A DNA stretch of 64,000 nucleotides from Chiloscyllium plagiosum (GCF_004010195.1 NC_057720.1:7074196-7138195); one strand, 5' to 3'. Counted from the stretch's first letter, positions 25,801 through 40,800 are shown. Made by a program: numbers and translations. The notes: generated from the sequence alone by a model not told the origin.

Positions 25801-28800
25801 GAAGAAGCAGAAAGTGAAGATGCAAATGGCCAAGCAGATGAGGGAGATGACAATTCCCACCCAGCTGATGATGGACAGGATCAGCTCGTGTATCTCAGTG
25901 GAGAACTGTAGGAGAAACATTGGGCAGATTGAATACAAACAATAACCAAATAGGAAAATACACTGAGCCCTCCATCCCTGTCCCTCTCAATTGTATATAT
26001 AATACAAACTTATATATTAACTATACCATTATAATATATTATCGAAACATATAAAGAAACTGTTGATAGTGAGGGATTCACTGATGGTAAATCCACTGAA
26101 TGTCAAGGAGCAGTGGATTTATTGTTTCTTAGATGGTCATTGACTGGCATTAATGTGGTGAAAATGTTACTTGCCACTTGTCAGCCCAAGCCTGGACATT
26201 GTCCAGATCATGTTGTATTTGAACATGGACTGCTTCAGTATCGGAGGAGTCGCAAATGGTTCTGAACGTTGTGCAATCATCCCCGCTTATGACGTTATGA
26301 TGGAGGGAAGGTCATTGATGAAACAAGTGAACAACACTCAAGAAGCTTGACACCAACCAGGACAAAGCAACCCATTGACTGGCACTACACCCACAAACAT
26401 CCACTCCCTCCACCATTGACGCTCAGTAGCAGCAGTCTGTACTATTTACAAGATTCATTGCATAAATTCACCAAAATCCTCAGACAGCACCTTCCAAACC
26501 TCTGGCCACTTCCATCGAGAAGGACAATGGCAGCAGAGACATAGCAACATCACAATCTGAAAGTTTCCCTCCAAGCTATTCATCATCCTGACTTGGAAAA
26601 ATATCACTGTTCCTTCACTGTTGCTGGGTCAAAATCCTGGAATTTTCTCCCTAACAGCATTGTGGGTCTACCCTACAGCACATGGACTGCAGTAATTCAA
26701 GAAGACATATTACCACCACCTTCTCAAGGGACAACTAGGGACAGGCAGTAAATGCTGACGCTGCCAAGGACACCCACATCACATGATTAAAAAAAATTTG
26801 AGGTAGAGACAATTTGGAACCAGTGGCTGTAGAGATACATTTTTTGATGGCAACAAGAAGCTGATTGGTCTATGGACTAGTGACTGTTAATAAATGACAG
26901 AGACCTTTTTACCAGCTAACAATTGTGTGTTTAATTTTCACGGAACTGTACTGCTTTATTACAGAGAGAGAGAGAGAGGGAGTGAGTGTTCAGGAACAGT
27001 CTGTCTGTTCTTTGTAGTAAAACCTCACTGAAAAACTATAAAAAAATGTCTTTTTGCTGTGTAACTGCTGTTGTAAGCTGTCTTTTTATAAGAGACTTTT
27101 TACAAGTGTAGCAGCTACCTTGTGCCTCTTACTAATCAGTGGAAACATCAAGAGAAAGATGATTGAAACAGGCAGAAGAGTCATGAGGATCATCTTGATA
27201 ATAGAACCCAGGAATAAAGACTTCTAAACTGATTATCCATGTTTACTTCCTCTGCCCATAACCTAGTTTACCCCATCTGTGTAGAGAGGTGATTAGGGTG
27301 TTAATTTGTACAATGACAAACGTAAAACATACAACATTACAGAGCAGTACAGGCCCTTCAACTCTCGATGTTGTGCTGACCAGTGTAACCAACCTGAAAT
27401 CCATCTATCCTACACTATTCCAAATGTATCCATATGTTTATCCAATGACCATTGAAATGCCTTTAACTGTTTACCTGCAGGCTAATTATTTGGAATAAAT
27501 AAGAAGTCTTGTTCAGTATAGAAACTGAGATTGTGCTTTCTACCAATTTGAGGCTGAAAGGTGGGCATTCGATGTACTTTATAAAATCTTGAAATATTTT
27601 AGAAATGAACAAAGGTCAGATAGAATGCGTTTGTTTTCATTGGAATGCAGGAGGTTGAGGAGCTGATGTGTGAGAAGTTTATAAGATTGTGAATGGCATG
27701 GATAGAGTAGAAAGTATGAGGCTTTTTCCCAGGGTTGAGGGGTCAATTAGTTGGGGTCACAGGTTCAAGGTATGGGGAGGGAAGTTTAGAAGAGATGTGC
27801 GAGGTGGATTTTCACACAAAGGGTGGAGTGGCTGGAACATGCTGGCACAGGAGGTGGTGGAAGCAGACACAATAACAGCATTGAAGAAGCAGCTGGACGA
27901 ATACATGAATAGGAAGGGCATGGGGGATATGGATCCTGTAAGTGAAGACAGTTTTAGTATGGAAGGGTAAAATGTGTTGGTTGGAGGGTTGAAGGGCCTG
28001 TTGCTGTGCTGTATTGTTCTTTGTGACGACTCCAACAATAGTAGGGCTTGATTTCCAGTGCGCTACTGCAGCGAGCCGTAACAGGAGAATTTATCCAATT
28101 CATGTTTTGAAAACCATTGTGTCTGCTTCCTTCCTCCTTTCAGGCATTACAGTTCACATCGTAACGACACACTGCATGAAAAATGATTCTCCTCACCTCC
28201 CTCTCTGAGTTTTTTTTGCCAACTATTGTAAAGCTGTGTCCTCAGCTGACTGACCTTCCTGTCAGAGGGACCACTTTTCTGCCTATCTTACCCTACCAGA
28301 AGTACTCACACGTACTTCAGAAAGACAAGACAGCTTGCCCCAGCAGCTGTCAGGCTGATGGGCAGGGTGGGGAAAATAGGGCTCATTCCATCTCTGCTGA
28401 CAGTTCCCCAGGCCCATGAGAAATGTTTAAATTCACTCGTGGGACATGGGTGTCGCTGGTTGGCCACCATTTATTGCTTGTCCCAAAATGCTCTTGAACT
28501 GAGTGGTTTATTAAGCCATTTCGGAGAGTAGTTGAGAGTCAATCACGTTGCTGTGGGTCTGGATTCGCATGTAGGCCAGACCAGGTAAGGAAGGCAGATT
28601 TCCTTCTCTAAAGGACATTAGTGAACCAGATGGGGTTTTCCTGACAATTGACAATGGCTTCATGGTCATCAGTAGGTTCTGAATTCCAATTTTCTTTTTC
28701 AAATTGAACTCAAACTGCTCTGGCAAGATTCGAACAGAGGTCCTCAGAACACTCGCTAAGTTTCTGGGTTAATAATCAAATGATAATCGCACCAGGCCAT

Positions 28801-31800
28801 TGCCTCTTGTCTAAGCACCTGCCAAGTGGGTTGGTAACTCACCTCAATTTCCTTGTGGGCCATGATGATGGCAAAGTTGGTCAGGTGCCGGCACTCACAC
28901 TTGGTGTGAGTCCTGTTGGTGTCAATCAGCTTGCACCCCTGGGTGGACCAGAACCCAGTCATGGTGCGCTCCGAGTAACTCCAGAACGAGCAGTTGGCAT
29001 TGAAGTAGTTGTCAGGCTGAAGGGAGAGATGCAGAGACAATGTTCAATTATTCACTGAGTCTCGGCACAGGAGCTAACAAACTTAATTGCAATTTAAACC
29101 TTGTTTTTTGCCAAAACCATCAGGCGACAGATTGCATTATATAAATAGGGGGAAGCAGCTTGCTTTGCTCTTTGCTTTATTAATTCATGGGAGCTGGGAC
29201 TCTAACAAGGTGCATTCCTGATGAAGGGCTTATGCCTAAAACGTCAACTCTCCTGCTCCTCGGATGTTGTCTGACATGCTGACCTTTTTCCAGCGCCACA
29301 GTTTTTGACTGTGACTCTCCAGCATCTGCAGTCCTCACTAACTCTGAGCAGTTACAGATCAACCCCATTGGTGTGGGTCTGGAGTCACATCTCGGCCAAG
29401 CCAGGTAAGGAAGTGGATTTCCTGATGAAGGGCTTTTGTCCGAAACGTCGATTTTACTGCTCCTTGGATGCTGCCTGAACTGCTGTGCTCTTCCAGAACC
29501 ACTGATTCAGAATCTGGTTTCCAGCATCTGCAGTCATTGTTTTTACCTTTCCTTCCCTGAAGGTCATTAATGAACCAGATGGGCTTATCGTGACAACAGA
29601 AAGCAGGTTTGCAGTCACCATTTACTGAGACTAGCTTTCCCATTGCAAATTTTTAATCAACCCATTTCAGAGATGTCATGACACACCTCAAGGGCAGGTG
29701 GAATTTGAACTCGGGCCTCCCTGCTAACCTCAATTTCAGATTCAGATATTTGCCAATTCGCCTGGTCTGGGATGTTATTACACACCTGTGAAGCAAGTGG
29801 GACTTGAAGCCAGGACTCCTGCTTCAGAGGTACAGTCACTACCATTGCACTGCAAGCACTCCTCATTCCAGATTTAATGCATTGAAATTCTACCAGCTAC
29901 TCTGGCAGAACTTGAACCCCTGTCCACAAAGGCATTAGCTGGGATTCCCTGATTACTGGATCAGCAACAATTACCATTTCACAATCACATCCCCACTGTC
30001 AATCAGGCGTGTCCCGTGATCGAATTAACTCTTCCTGCAACAAATAAAAACAGACAGGATGCCTTCTCTCATTGGTCAATATTGCTTTGATTAATTGACT
30101 AGTGGGGTAACAGGGTTGGTTTAACTCAGTTGGCTGAGTGCTTGGGTTGTGATTTAGAGTAATGCCAATAGTGTGGGTCCAATTCCTGCACCGGCTGAGG
30201 TTAACATGAAGGACTCACGAGGGATAAATACGAGGTGCTGCGTTTTTGGAAAGCAAACCTTAGCAGGACCTATACACTTAATGGTAAGGTCCTGAGGAGT
30301 GTTGCTGAACAAAGAGACCTTGGAGTGCAGTTCATAGCTCCTTGAAAGTAGAGTCACAGGTAGATAGGATAGTGAAGAAGGCGTTTGGTATGCTTTCCTT
30401 TATTGATCAAAGAATTGAGTACAGGAGTTAGGAGGTCATGTTGGGATTTTACAGGACATCGGTTAGGTCACTTTTGGAATATTCCATGCAATTCTGGTCT
30501 CCTTCCGATCGGAAAAATGTTGTGAAACTTGAAAGGGTTCAGAAAAGATTTACAAGGATGTTGCCAGGCTTGGAGGGTTTGAACTATAGGGAAAGGCTGA
30601 ATATAATGGGGCTCTTTTCCCTGGAGTGTCGGAGGCTGAGGGGTGATCTTATAGAGATTTATAAAATTATGAGGGGCATGGATAGGATAAATAGTCAAGG
30701 TCTTTTCCCTGGGGTTGGGGAATCCAGAACTAGAGGGCATAGATTTAGGGTGAGAGGGGAAAGATATAAAAGAGACCTAAGGGGCAATATTTTCACATAG
30801 AGGGTGGTATGTGTATGGACTGAGCTGCCAGAGGAGGTGGTAAAGGCTAGTACAATTGCAACATTTAAAAGGCATCTGGATGGGTATATGAATAGGAAGG
30901 GTTTGGAGGGATATAGGCCGGGTGCTGGCAGGTGGGATTAGATTGGGTTGGGATATCTGGTCAGCATGGACGGGTTGGACTGAAGGGTCTGTTTCTGTGT
31001 TGTACATCTCTATGACTCTACAACTCTCCTTCTCAACTTCTCCCCTTACCTGAGGCAATGGTGACCCTCAAGTTAAACTCATCATGAATCACCTCACTGT
31101 CCAATGAGAGAGCAGCACTATCATCTAGCAAGACTATGGCTGCTTTTCCTTTGTAGGGGGCTTTGTTTGCAGACTTACATCAATGTGTGCCAGGGTGAAG
31201 ACCACTGGTTCTGTCACATAGATGCGGCTGGATTCCTTGTTAATGGAAGCCGCGATGATGTGCGAGTTCACTGCGATGGAGTAATTACGCCCAGTTCCGT
31301 CACCCGCCATCTTGATTGTCGCGTTCTCCGTGGTCAGGAACTGCCCTAGGCTCTTGTAGAGTGTGAAGACCAGTTTTGCTGCACAGAGCGGGAAAAGGAT
31401 GGGTGCAAAGAGGGGAGAAAAACTCTCATTAAGTTAAAAAAACACACAACCAAAGTAGCTCCCACTCTAACCCCTGAACATTTTTTGAAAGTCCTTTCGA
31501 AAGGCAACGTATGTCAGGTTCAGGAAACTGAAATCGGACAAGGCAGTTGAATATGAAGGAAGCAGGAATGAAATTAAACAAGGATACTAAGATGGCTAAA
31601 AGAGGTGATGAATTGTCCTTTGCCAGTAGGATCACAAAGAATCCCACGGCTTTTTATAAGTACATTAGGAGCAAGAGGGTAGTGTGGAAATATAGAAAAA
31701 GGACCATTATAGATCACTAGGCTTACTGGGATATTAGAATTAAAGCTTACTTCAGCAACTAATATCAAACAAGATGTTAGCAGTTGTAACTACATATTGC

Positions 31801-34800
31801 AATATCTTGGAATAACAAAGGCCATCTGTGTTCTGACCTTAAAGTGTGTAACCACAACGAGGGTGTGATACTGAACCAGACACTGAAATATAGATAAGGA
31901 AAGGTTTGTCTCTATAAGAAGACGTTACTCAAAAATGAATGTGAATTGGATAACATTCTTCCTCTTATGGACCAGATAAGAATAACAATATTGAGGAGTC
32001 CATTGAAAAGTGGTGAACTCTGTACTATGACACTTTAATTGCATTGAGGAGGAACCATTACGTGGTCCTATGGTCCTTGGTTATGTGAGTGTATAAAAAT
32101 GCTATTGTAACTGATGATCGTTGGCTTTACTAGCCTAGCCTTTGACTAGACACTCTCCCCTTTTTGCTGAAAATGTTGAAGGGCTTATGCCCGAAACATC
32201 GATTCTCCTGTTTCTTGGATGCTACCTGACCTGCTGCGCTTTTCCAGCAACACATTTTCAGCTCTGATCTCCAGCATCTGCAGCCCTCACTCTCTCCTCG
32301 AAGATTTTTACTCTCCCCTTGTATACAACTATGATAAAAGAAGCTGCAATCTGATGGTCACATACCCTATATTTACCTGTGTGTGTTAAAGAGTCAAACT
32401 CAGAGTTGAAACTTCGACAGTAGCAAGGGAAAGGGTAGGTCTCACTCAATGATTCTCCTCTATATATGACTAATTTGCCTGTTTCTGAAGAGAGGGATGC
32501 CAATGGCCCTTTGTCCATTTTGATTAATTATTGTAAAAGATTATGATAGGTGCAAATCAAGTGAACACAAAAAAAAATCACTGTTCCCATTAGCAGAAGA
32601 TACAAGAACTGATGGAAAGATGATTGAGCAAGAGACACAGAAATTTTTTAGGTACCTTTCAAGCAGCAAAATGTAATGACCTTGAAATTGTTACCTATGT
32701 GGGTAGCAGAGACAATTAATGATTTTGAAAGAAAATTGACACACAGTGCAGGAATGAACTTACAGGGCTATGGGGATAATGCAGGGCAATGGGACTGATT
32801 CATTAACCCGCTCAATCAAACTAAAATCAGGTTAAACAGTCCCGGATGCTGCGCTGTAACATAAACGCAATCAAACAGTTCACGGAAACTTATAAAAGGC
32901 AAACGGATGCTTACTAAATCAGAATAACACGATCTGAGCCACTCCAGCCCCTGTGGTACTCGCTGGTTTCTGAAGGTCTCTGTTGTGTCAATGGCTTCCT
33001 CTCCAGAGGCACCCAAGTGTGAATGTAACCTTGAGAGAGTGGCCAGGCAGTCAGGCACAATTGCCCCATCCATGGCCTGTTGCCTGGACCTGTTAATGGT
33101 CACTTTGGCCAATGCCCAGGGGCAAGCCCAACAACCTGGTTGTCCCTCCCCAGAAGGGGTGCCCACAGATTATGAACAGGGGGCTGACATGCAACCAGAA
33201 CCTCAGGAGCTGCCCCTTTAAAACAAAAACTAAACAGGGACTGCAACTGAAAACATTCCACGTCAATATGGACAACCATTTCCCCCAATGCTGCGATGGG
33301 CAGAGTGGCTTCCTTTAGTGTTGGACCGACTGTACCAAGAAACCCAGAAACTAACTGAAACAGGGACTACCTTCACCTCACACAGAGAAAGGGGTCTGAG
33401 GGGGAGGGACGAAACGCAAGTGCTTTTTATTGAAAAGTGCACAGCAAGAATCCTTATTGCAGGAAGGTTTCTGATACTTACCAGTCCGGCTGTTTTGCTT
33501 AATGGTGTTGCCTGAGAGGTGGATCGAGTTCCCACCCATATAGCCCTGGGGAAACCTCAGATCCTTCACCTGGCCCTCTGTTATCAGCAAACCAACCTCC
33601 AAAACTGGTTCAGCACCATGCCAGAGACGAAGCAGAGGGAAGACGGAAAAAAACAGGTTTTTAAAAATAAACCATGCACTCGCATGACAAAACATCAAAT
33701 ATAATTTATACTGGACTATCCATATTCCACTGTGTGTGTGTGTGTCTGTAAGTGTTGGATGTAGGTTTGCTCGCTGGAAGGTGTCACCATACTAGGTAAC
33801 ACCTTCCAGCTCAGCGAGCAAACCTACATCCAGAACCTCAACCTGAGCTACAAATCTTCTCAAAACTCGCTTGCTTCTCTAAGTGTGTGAGTGCACCTTG
33901 GCATGATCTGAATTCATTAGAATCTGTATTAAATGTTGGTCACCATTGTTGTGAAAATCCATCTGGCTCACATATCCTTTAGGGAAGAAAATCTGTCTGT
34001 CTTCCCAATCTGCCTGCATGTGACTCCAGACCCATAGCAACTTGGTTGATCTTTAACTACCCTCTGGGCAAATAGGATGGTCAATAAATGCTGTCAAAAT
34101 CTACATCTCACAAATGAATGTAAAAAAACAGTTTCTCCTTCAAAATGATTTATTTGTTCATGAATGGGATGTGGATGTTGCTGACTGGGCCCAGTATTTA
34201 CGGGCCACTCCAAACTGTCCTAGAGAAGGTGGGGGTGAGCTGCTTTCATGAACCACTGCAGTCTGTGTGCGCTAGGGGACATTCACAGCGTTGTAAGGAA
34301 GGGAGGCCCAGGGATTTTGACCCAATGATAGTGAAAGAGCAGTGATATATTTCCAAGTCAGAATGATGCATTGCTTGGAGGGGCAGGTGCAGGCAGTGCA
34401 AATGTCCTCCTGAAGAGTGGAGGTGACAAATTGGGATGTGACACTCAGTTCTATCAGACGGTTCTTGGTAAATCCTGGGGATGAGCAAGTCTCCACAGTA
34501 TGTGTTAGCATGACCACCTCTTCAAACTAAGGACTAAATTGTTCACTTACTTATCAATCTTGTAAAGAAGATTAAGAACTTTCATTTCAAGTGTGTTACT
34601 TAAGGCCAGCATAAGGTCAACAATGGAGGCTCACCAATGATGTTACCTAGCATGGTGATGAGACGTCTGAGAACAAATCTATCAGCTCAGCGAGCAACCT
34701 TACTACCTGAAACTGAACCTGAGCTACAAATATTGCTAGCATTTGTTGCCCATTCCTTAACTGCCATGGGATTAAGGGATTTGTTGACACATTTCAGAGG

Positions 34801-37800
34801 ACATTGTTGTCAGTCTACAGCCATATGCAGAGTAGACCAAAGAACAGCAGATTTCCTTCCCTACAGGAGATCAGGGATGTAGTAGATTTGTATAACAATT
34901 GACAATAATTTACAGGTCATCATCACTGAGACAATATCAGATTTTTATTATTCAAAACATACGCTTGGCAGCATCTGTAAGGAGATATCAGAGTTAACAT
35001 TCTGGGTCCGGTGATCCTTCCTCAGAAGTGTAAGGGTACATAAATTTTGTATGCAGTTTACTAATGGGGAAGTGATAGCTTAGTGGTATTACTGGCTGGT
35101 CTGTTAATCCAAAGAGACAGGTGCATTCTGGGAACCTGGGTTCAAACCTCCAATTATGCGACTAATGATGACCATGTGTCAATTGCTGGGAAAATCCATC
35201 TGCTTCACTGATGTGACTCCAAACCCACAGCAATGTGGCTAACTCTTAAATGCCCTTTGGACAATAAATGCCGGCCTAGCCCTTTTCCCATGAAGTAATT
35301 TTTTTTTACAAAGTATACTCCAATGAAGAGCAAGTTGACTTCTGGAAGAGTATATTACCATATGGGAAGGAGACTGATTGGCACAGATTTGAAGCTTGGG
35401 GACATGTCTTGGAGATCACTGGAGCATGCTGCCTGTGAGTCTTGGCTTTAAACAACAAACCCCAACTCCAATAACAAACTCCACACTCACGCACTTTATC
35501 AGGTGGGATCAGAATCTTGGTGAATGTGTTTCCTGCATCTACTTGGCCCAGTAGGTTCAAAATGGACCGAACGGTCAACTTTTTCATGCAGTTAAAAAGA
35601 CTAGGATTGTTTTCACTGGGAAGATGGTGGTTGAGAGGAGACCTGATGTTGGTCTACACAATTATGAGAGGTATAGATAGGGTGGATAATCAGAGGCTTT
35701 CACCCAGGTTTGAAATTTCAATTACAAGGGGGCACAGGTTCAAGGTGAGAGGGGGAAAAGTTTAAGGGAGATGCGACAGGGACATTTTTCACGCAGAGAG
35801 TGATAGGAGCCTGGAACACATTGCAAGAAGAGGTGGTGAAAGCAGGCACATTGGTGACATCTAAGAGGCATCTGGATGGTTACATGAAAAGGAAGAGAGG
35901 AGAGGGATACAGACCAAATAAAAGCAGGAGGTTTGTTTATTAGTTCAGTTAGGGCATGATGACGTAGGAGAAAGTGATGACGTACACAGGCTTGGAGGGC
36001 TGAAGGGCCTGTTCCTGTGCTGTACATTTTTCTTTGAACATCTGTTCTTATTAAATCTATCTGTGCAACAGATTTCCACAGTCTTTCTCCAGGTAAATAA
36101 TATTGATCACTTATTGCTCTTGCAAAGTCAATAGCTTTACATTTTTACATGTTACATTCTATCTACCGAGTTTTTACCCACTCACTTAAACTGTCTGCAT
36201 TCCTGATGCAAAGTCTTTGTGTCATCCTCACTGCTTGCCTTCCCATCCATTTTATAGTCATCCACAAACTTGGAACATTATTTTCCTCATCAAATCATTA
36301 ACACGTATTGCAAATAATTGTTCCTCAGGCACTGAACCCTTTGATGCACCACCAGCTGCAAGCTGCTATCCTGAAAATGAACTCCCTGATTTATTTTAGT
36401 TTGCCAATTCACTATCTATCCTAATATGCTACCCCCAATATTGTGGGATCTTATACAATCAAATAACCTTATGGGCGGTACCTCATTGAATGCATTTTTG
36501 AGATCTAAATATATTGCATCTAGAGTCATAGAGATGTACAGCACGGAAACAGACCCTTCAGTCCAACCCGTCCATGCTGACCAGATATCCCAACCCAATC
36601 TAGTCCCATCTGCCAGCACCCAGCCCATATCCCTCCAAACCCTTCCTATTCATATACCCATCCAAATGCCTCTTAAATGGTTCAATTGTACCAGCCTCCA
36701 CCACATCCTCTGGCAGCTGATTCCATACATGTACCACCCTCTGCATGAAAACGTTGCCCCTTAGGTCCCTTTTATATCTTTCCCCTCTCACCCTAAACCT
36801 ATGCCCTCTAGTTCTGGACTCCCCCATCCCGGGGAAAAGACCCCTCAGCCTCCGACGCTCCAGGGAACCCAGCCCCAGCCTGTTCAGCCTCTCCCTATAG
36901 CTCAAATCATCCAACTCTGGCAACATCCTTGTAAATCTTTTCTGAACCCTTTCAAGTTTCACAACATTTTTCCGACAGGAAGGAGACCAGAATTTGCACG
37001 CAATATTCCAACAGTGGCCTAACCAATCTACTGTCCCTTTATCTATCCTGCTTGTTCGCTCCTCAGAGAAGTTTAGTTAACATCAGGCATGAAACTGTGC
37101 TGACTCTGCACGATTGTATCATGTATTTCAAATGCTCTCCTGTTACAAACTTTTTAACAGGCTCTAACATTTTCCAAATGACAGATGCTCAGTTAACTGG
37201 CCCATAGCTGCCTGTTTTTTTATTGTATCCTTCCCTTTTTGAAGAAAGGTATTACATTGGGAGTCTTTCAATCCTTTGGGACTTTTCCAAAATCTAAGGA
37301 TTATCGGAGGATTACCACCGGTGCATCCAATATTTCCATAGCTACTTCCTTTAACCCCTTCATTTTTTAGTATTTTTGAAAAGTTATTAATTTGCTCTAC
37401 CATGAAGACTGATACAAAGAATTTATTCAACATCTCTATTTCCTGGTTCCCCTTTTTGTTGTTTTCTCAGCCTCATTCTCTAAATGCCTATGTTCACTTT
37501 GGCCTCAATGGTCCACTTTAAAGAAGCTCTTGCTGTCTATTTTTAAATTGTTTGCTGATTTACCCTCAAAGGATATTTTCTTCTTTTTTTAGTCATCTTT
37601 TGCTGGCTTTTAAAACTTTCCCAATCCTCTGGCTTTCCACAAATCTTTGCGATTCCTTATGCTGGATTCTACGCTTAGCTTCCTTGATTAACAATGTTCA
37701 GTTTATCCCCTTCCTATAATCCATCTTCCTCACTGGGATATATCTTTGCTGTGAGTCTATTTTCTTAAACACCTGTCATTGTCCCTCAACCATCTTCTGC

Positions 37801-40800
37801 TAAACTCCTTTCCCAATCCACTCCAGCCAACACATGCCTTTGCAGTTACCGTTGTTTAACTTGAGCACAGTTGATTCTGACCCAAGTTCCTCACTCTCGA
37901 ATGGAATGCTACTTTTATCTTGTATGGTCACTGTTCCCAAGGGGGTTTTTAACCCTGAGATCATTTATGAAACCTGCCTCATTACACATTACCAGATCCA
38001 AAATAGCCTGCTCCCTCAACAAAGAAAGAACAAAGAACAGCGAATGCTGGAAATCTGGAACCAATACAGAAATCGCTAGAAAAACTCAACAGGTTTGGCA
38101 GCATCAATGCGGAGAAAGCAGAGTTAACGTTTTGAGACCAGTGACCCTTCCTCTCTCCACCTGGTGCCGGTGCCTAACTGGATCTGTAACATATTGTTCG
38201 AGGAAACTGTCCTGAACACACTCTATGAATTCGTCTTCATGGCTACCTTTGGTAATTTGATTTTCCCAATCTACATGAGGATTAAAGTTATTAAAATGAT
38301 TTAATGTATTGCTTTTTTTTTAACATGCCCTCATTATCTCAATTGGCACTTCTGAGGCTACAGGTTCATTAATCATTCCATTTGGCAGGGAACATTTTGA
38401 GGCAAGACCTGCACCCAAGGAAATGGGGAGCGATTTAGTCATGAATTGACTAACCCACCTCCCCCGGGATAACCATTGGAATTATTGCTTGGGCGCCCCA
38501 CCATGTTTTTAGCTGGTGGAATTGGAAACTCTGTAAAATCCAGTCTGGGACAGTTAAAGAATATCAGTGGAACAGTGCAGTTTTTGGAAGGCAATTCAAC
38601 ATTTTCTGATCCGAGACATTTTATGCTGTACAAGAAAAATGAATTCAAATTTTTCTCAAGCTCTAATGGTAGAATTTGAAATTGTGTTCTCTGTGCCACT
38701 GAGTCACCATTCGTCCACCCTACTGTGAGTATGATAGTGAAACGATATAATTTCTGCCCTGCAGCCTTGAATTTAATTACAAGCAAAATACATCTGCAAG
38801 TTCACCCAACATTAAGAAGAAGCAATGCCATTTATTCTAGACATATATTTTGCAGATTGAATGCAATTTGTGAAGACAATGCAGATAGATTTCCTCTTGA
38901 TACTATTAAACACCTTAAAGTGGAGAAAAAACTTACTGTGTTTTCCCAGTCCCAGAGAGTTTTTAACGTCTTTAAAAACACACTTATTATTTGGCCAGAA
39001 ATAAGCAAGTGAATGAGACTTTTCTGTCACGTTTGTGATCAGATTTCTCCTCGGTCATTCTGCTGAAAAACGCACCCTAACTTGATCTCACAAACCCTGG
39101 GTCAATCTATTCCAGTAGCGTATCAGCACTGAGAACTCAGGTGGTCATCTACTTATACTCCCATCTAACAGGACAAATCCAAGCTGGCCATTTATTACCT
39201 TCATCATCAGTCCTGTCAATAGACAATAGACAATAGGTGCAGGAGTAGGCCATTTTGCCCTTCAAGCCAGCACCACCATTCATTATGATCATGGCAGCTC
39301 ATTCCATCCAAGCACCACCCTCTGTGTGAAAATATTGCCCCTTAGGTCTCACTGGTTCCACTGCCCTCTGGGGCAGAGCATTCCACACAGCCACCACTCT
39401 CTGGGTGAAGAAGTTTCTCCTCAACTCTGTCCTAAATGGCCTACCCCTTATTTTTGAGCTGTGTCCTCTGGTTCAGGACTCATCCATCAGCGGAAATATG
39501 CTTCCTGCCTCCAGAGTGTCCAATCCTTTAATAATCTTATACGTCTCAATCAGATCCCCCCTCAGCCTTCTGAACTCAAGGGTATACAAGCCCAGTCGCT
39601 CCAATCTTTCAACGTAAGATAGTCCCTTTATTCCGGAAATTGACCTCGTGAACCTACGCTGCATTCCCTCAATAGCCAGAATGTCTTTCCTCAAATTTGG
39701 ACCAAAACTGCACACAATATTCCAGGTGCAGTCTCACCAGGGCCCTGTACAGCTGCAGAAGAACCTCTTTGCTTCTCTACTCAATTCTTCTTGTTATGAA
39801 GGCTAGCATGCTATTAGCTTTCTTCACTGCCTGTTGAACTGTGGTATTGTGGATTGAGGCAGACATCAATTAATGGGCCCAAGGGCCTTTTTCTGTGCTG
39901 GAGACCTCTACAACTCATGACACCTTCCCACTCAGATTCAGCCCAGTTCGGGTGCCTTCAAGACCAGATCATCCCAACCCTGCTCTATACAGGAGCTAAA
40001 TTTCATAGAGGGGAGATAAGATTATTTGACAACGTTGAGGCAGTAATATGGATCGAGTGCGAAGCAAAACAGAAATCAACTGGGGTCAATAATAAATCTC
40101 TTCAATGGCCTGGAAGGATGACAGGCACAGAGAAAGATGGCTCTAACTACTGAAAGTTCTCCACTGGGGTGCAAGAGTAGCTCCTCAGAACAGTGTCCTC
40201 TGTGAGACTTTCTCCATAGAGACATACAGCATGGAAACAGACTCTTCAGTCCAACCAGTCCACGGTGACCAGATATCCTAACCTAATCTAGTCCCATATC
40301 CCTCTAAACCCTTCCTATTCATATACTAACATGAATTTTGGGCAACACAGTGGCTCAGTGGTTAGCACTGTTGAGTCACAGCACCAGGGTCCTGGGTTCA
40401 ATTCCCGCCTGTCTGTGTTGAGTTTGCACATTCTCCCTGTGTCTGCGTGGGTTTCCCCCGGATGCTCCAGTTTCTTCCCACAGTCCAAAGATGTGCAGGT
40501 CAGGTGAATTGGCCATGCTAAATTGCCCAGAGTGTTAGGTGCGTAAGTCAGGTGTAAATATAGGGTAGGGGAATGGGTTTCAGTGGGTTTCTCTTCGGAG
40601 GGGCAGTGTGGACCTGTTGTGCCAAAGGGCCTGTTTCCACACTGTAGAGAATCTAATCCAGATGTCATTTAAATGCTGTAATTGTACCAGTCTCCATTAT
40701 TCCCTCTGGCAGCTCATTCCATCCAAGCACCACCCTCTGTGTGAAAATATTGCCCCTTAGGTCTCACTGGTCACAGGCCTCCAGTCTGAAAAGCAACCCT

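Noticed and set aside
40341..40410. tRNA genes at SINE heads (also 42590-42662, 52985-53046)
   Set aside because: A/B boxes run directly into SINE bodies; no complete cloverleaf.
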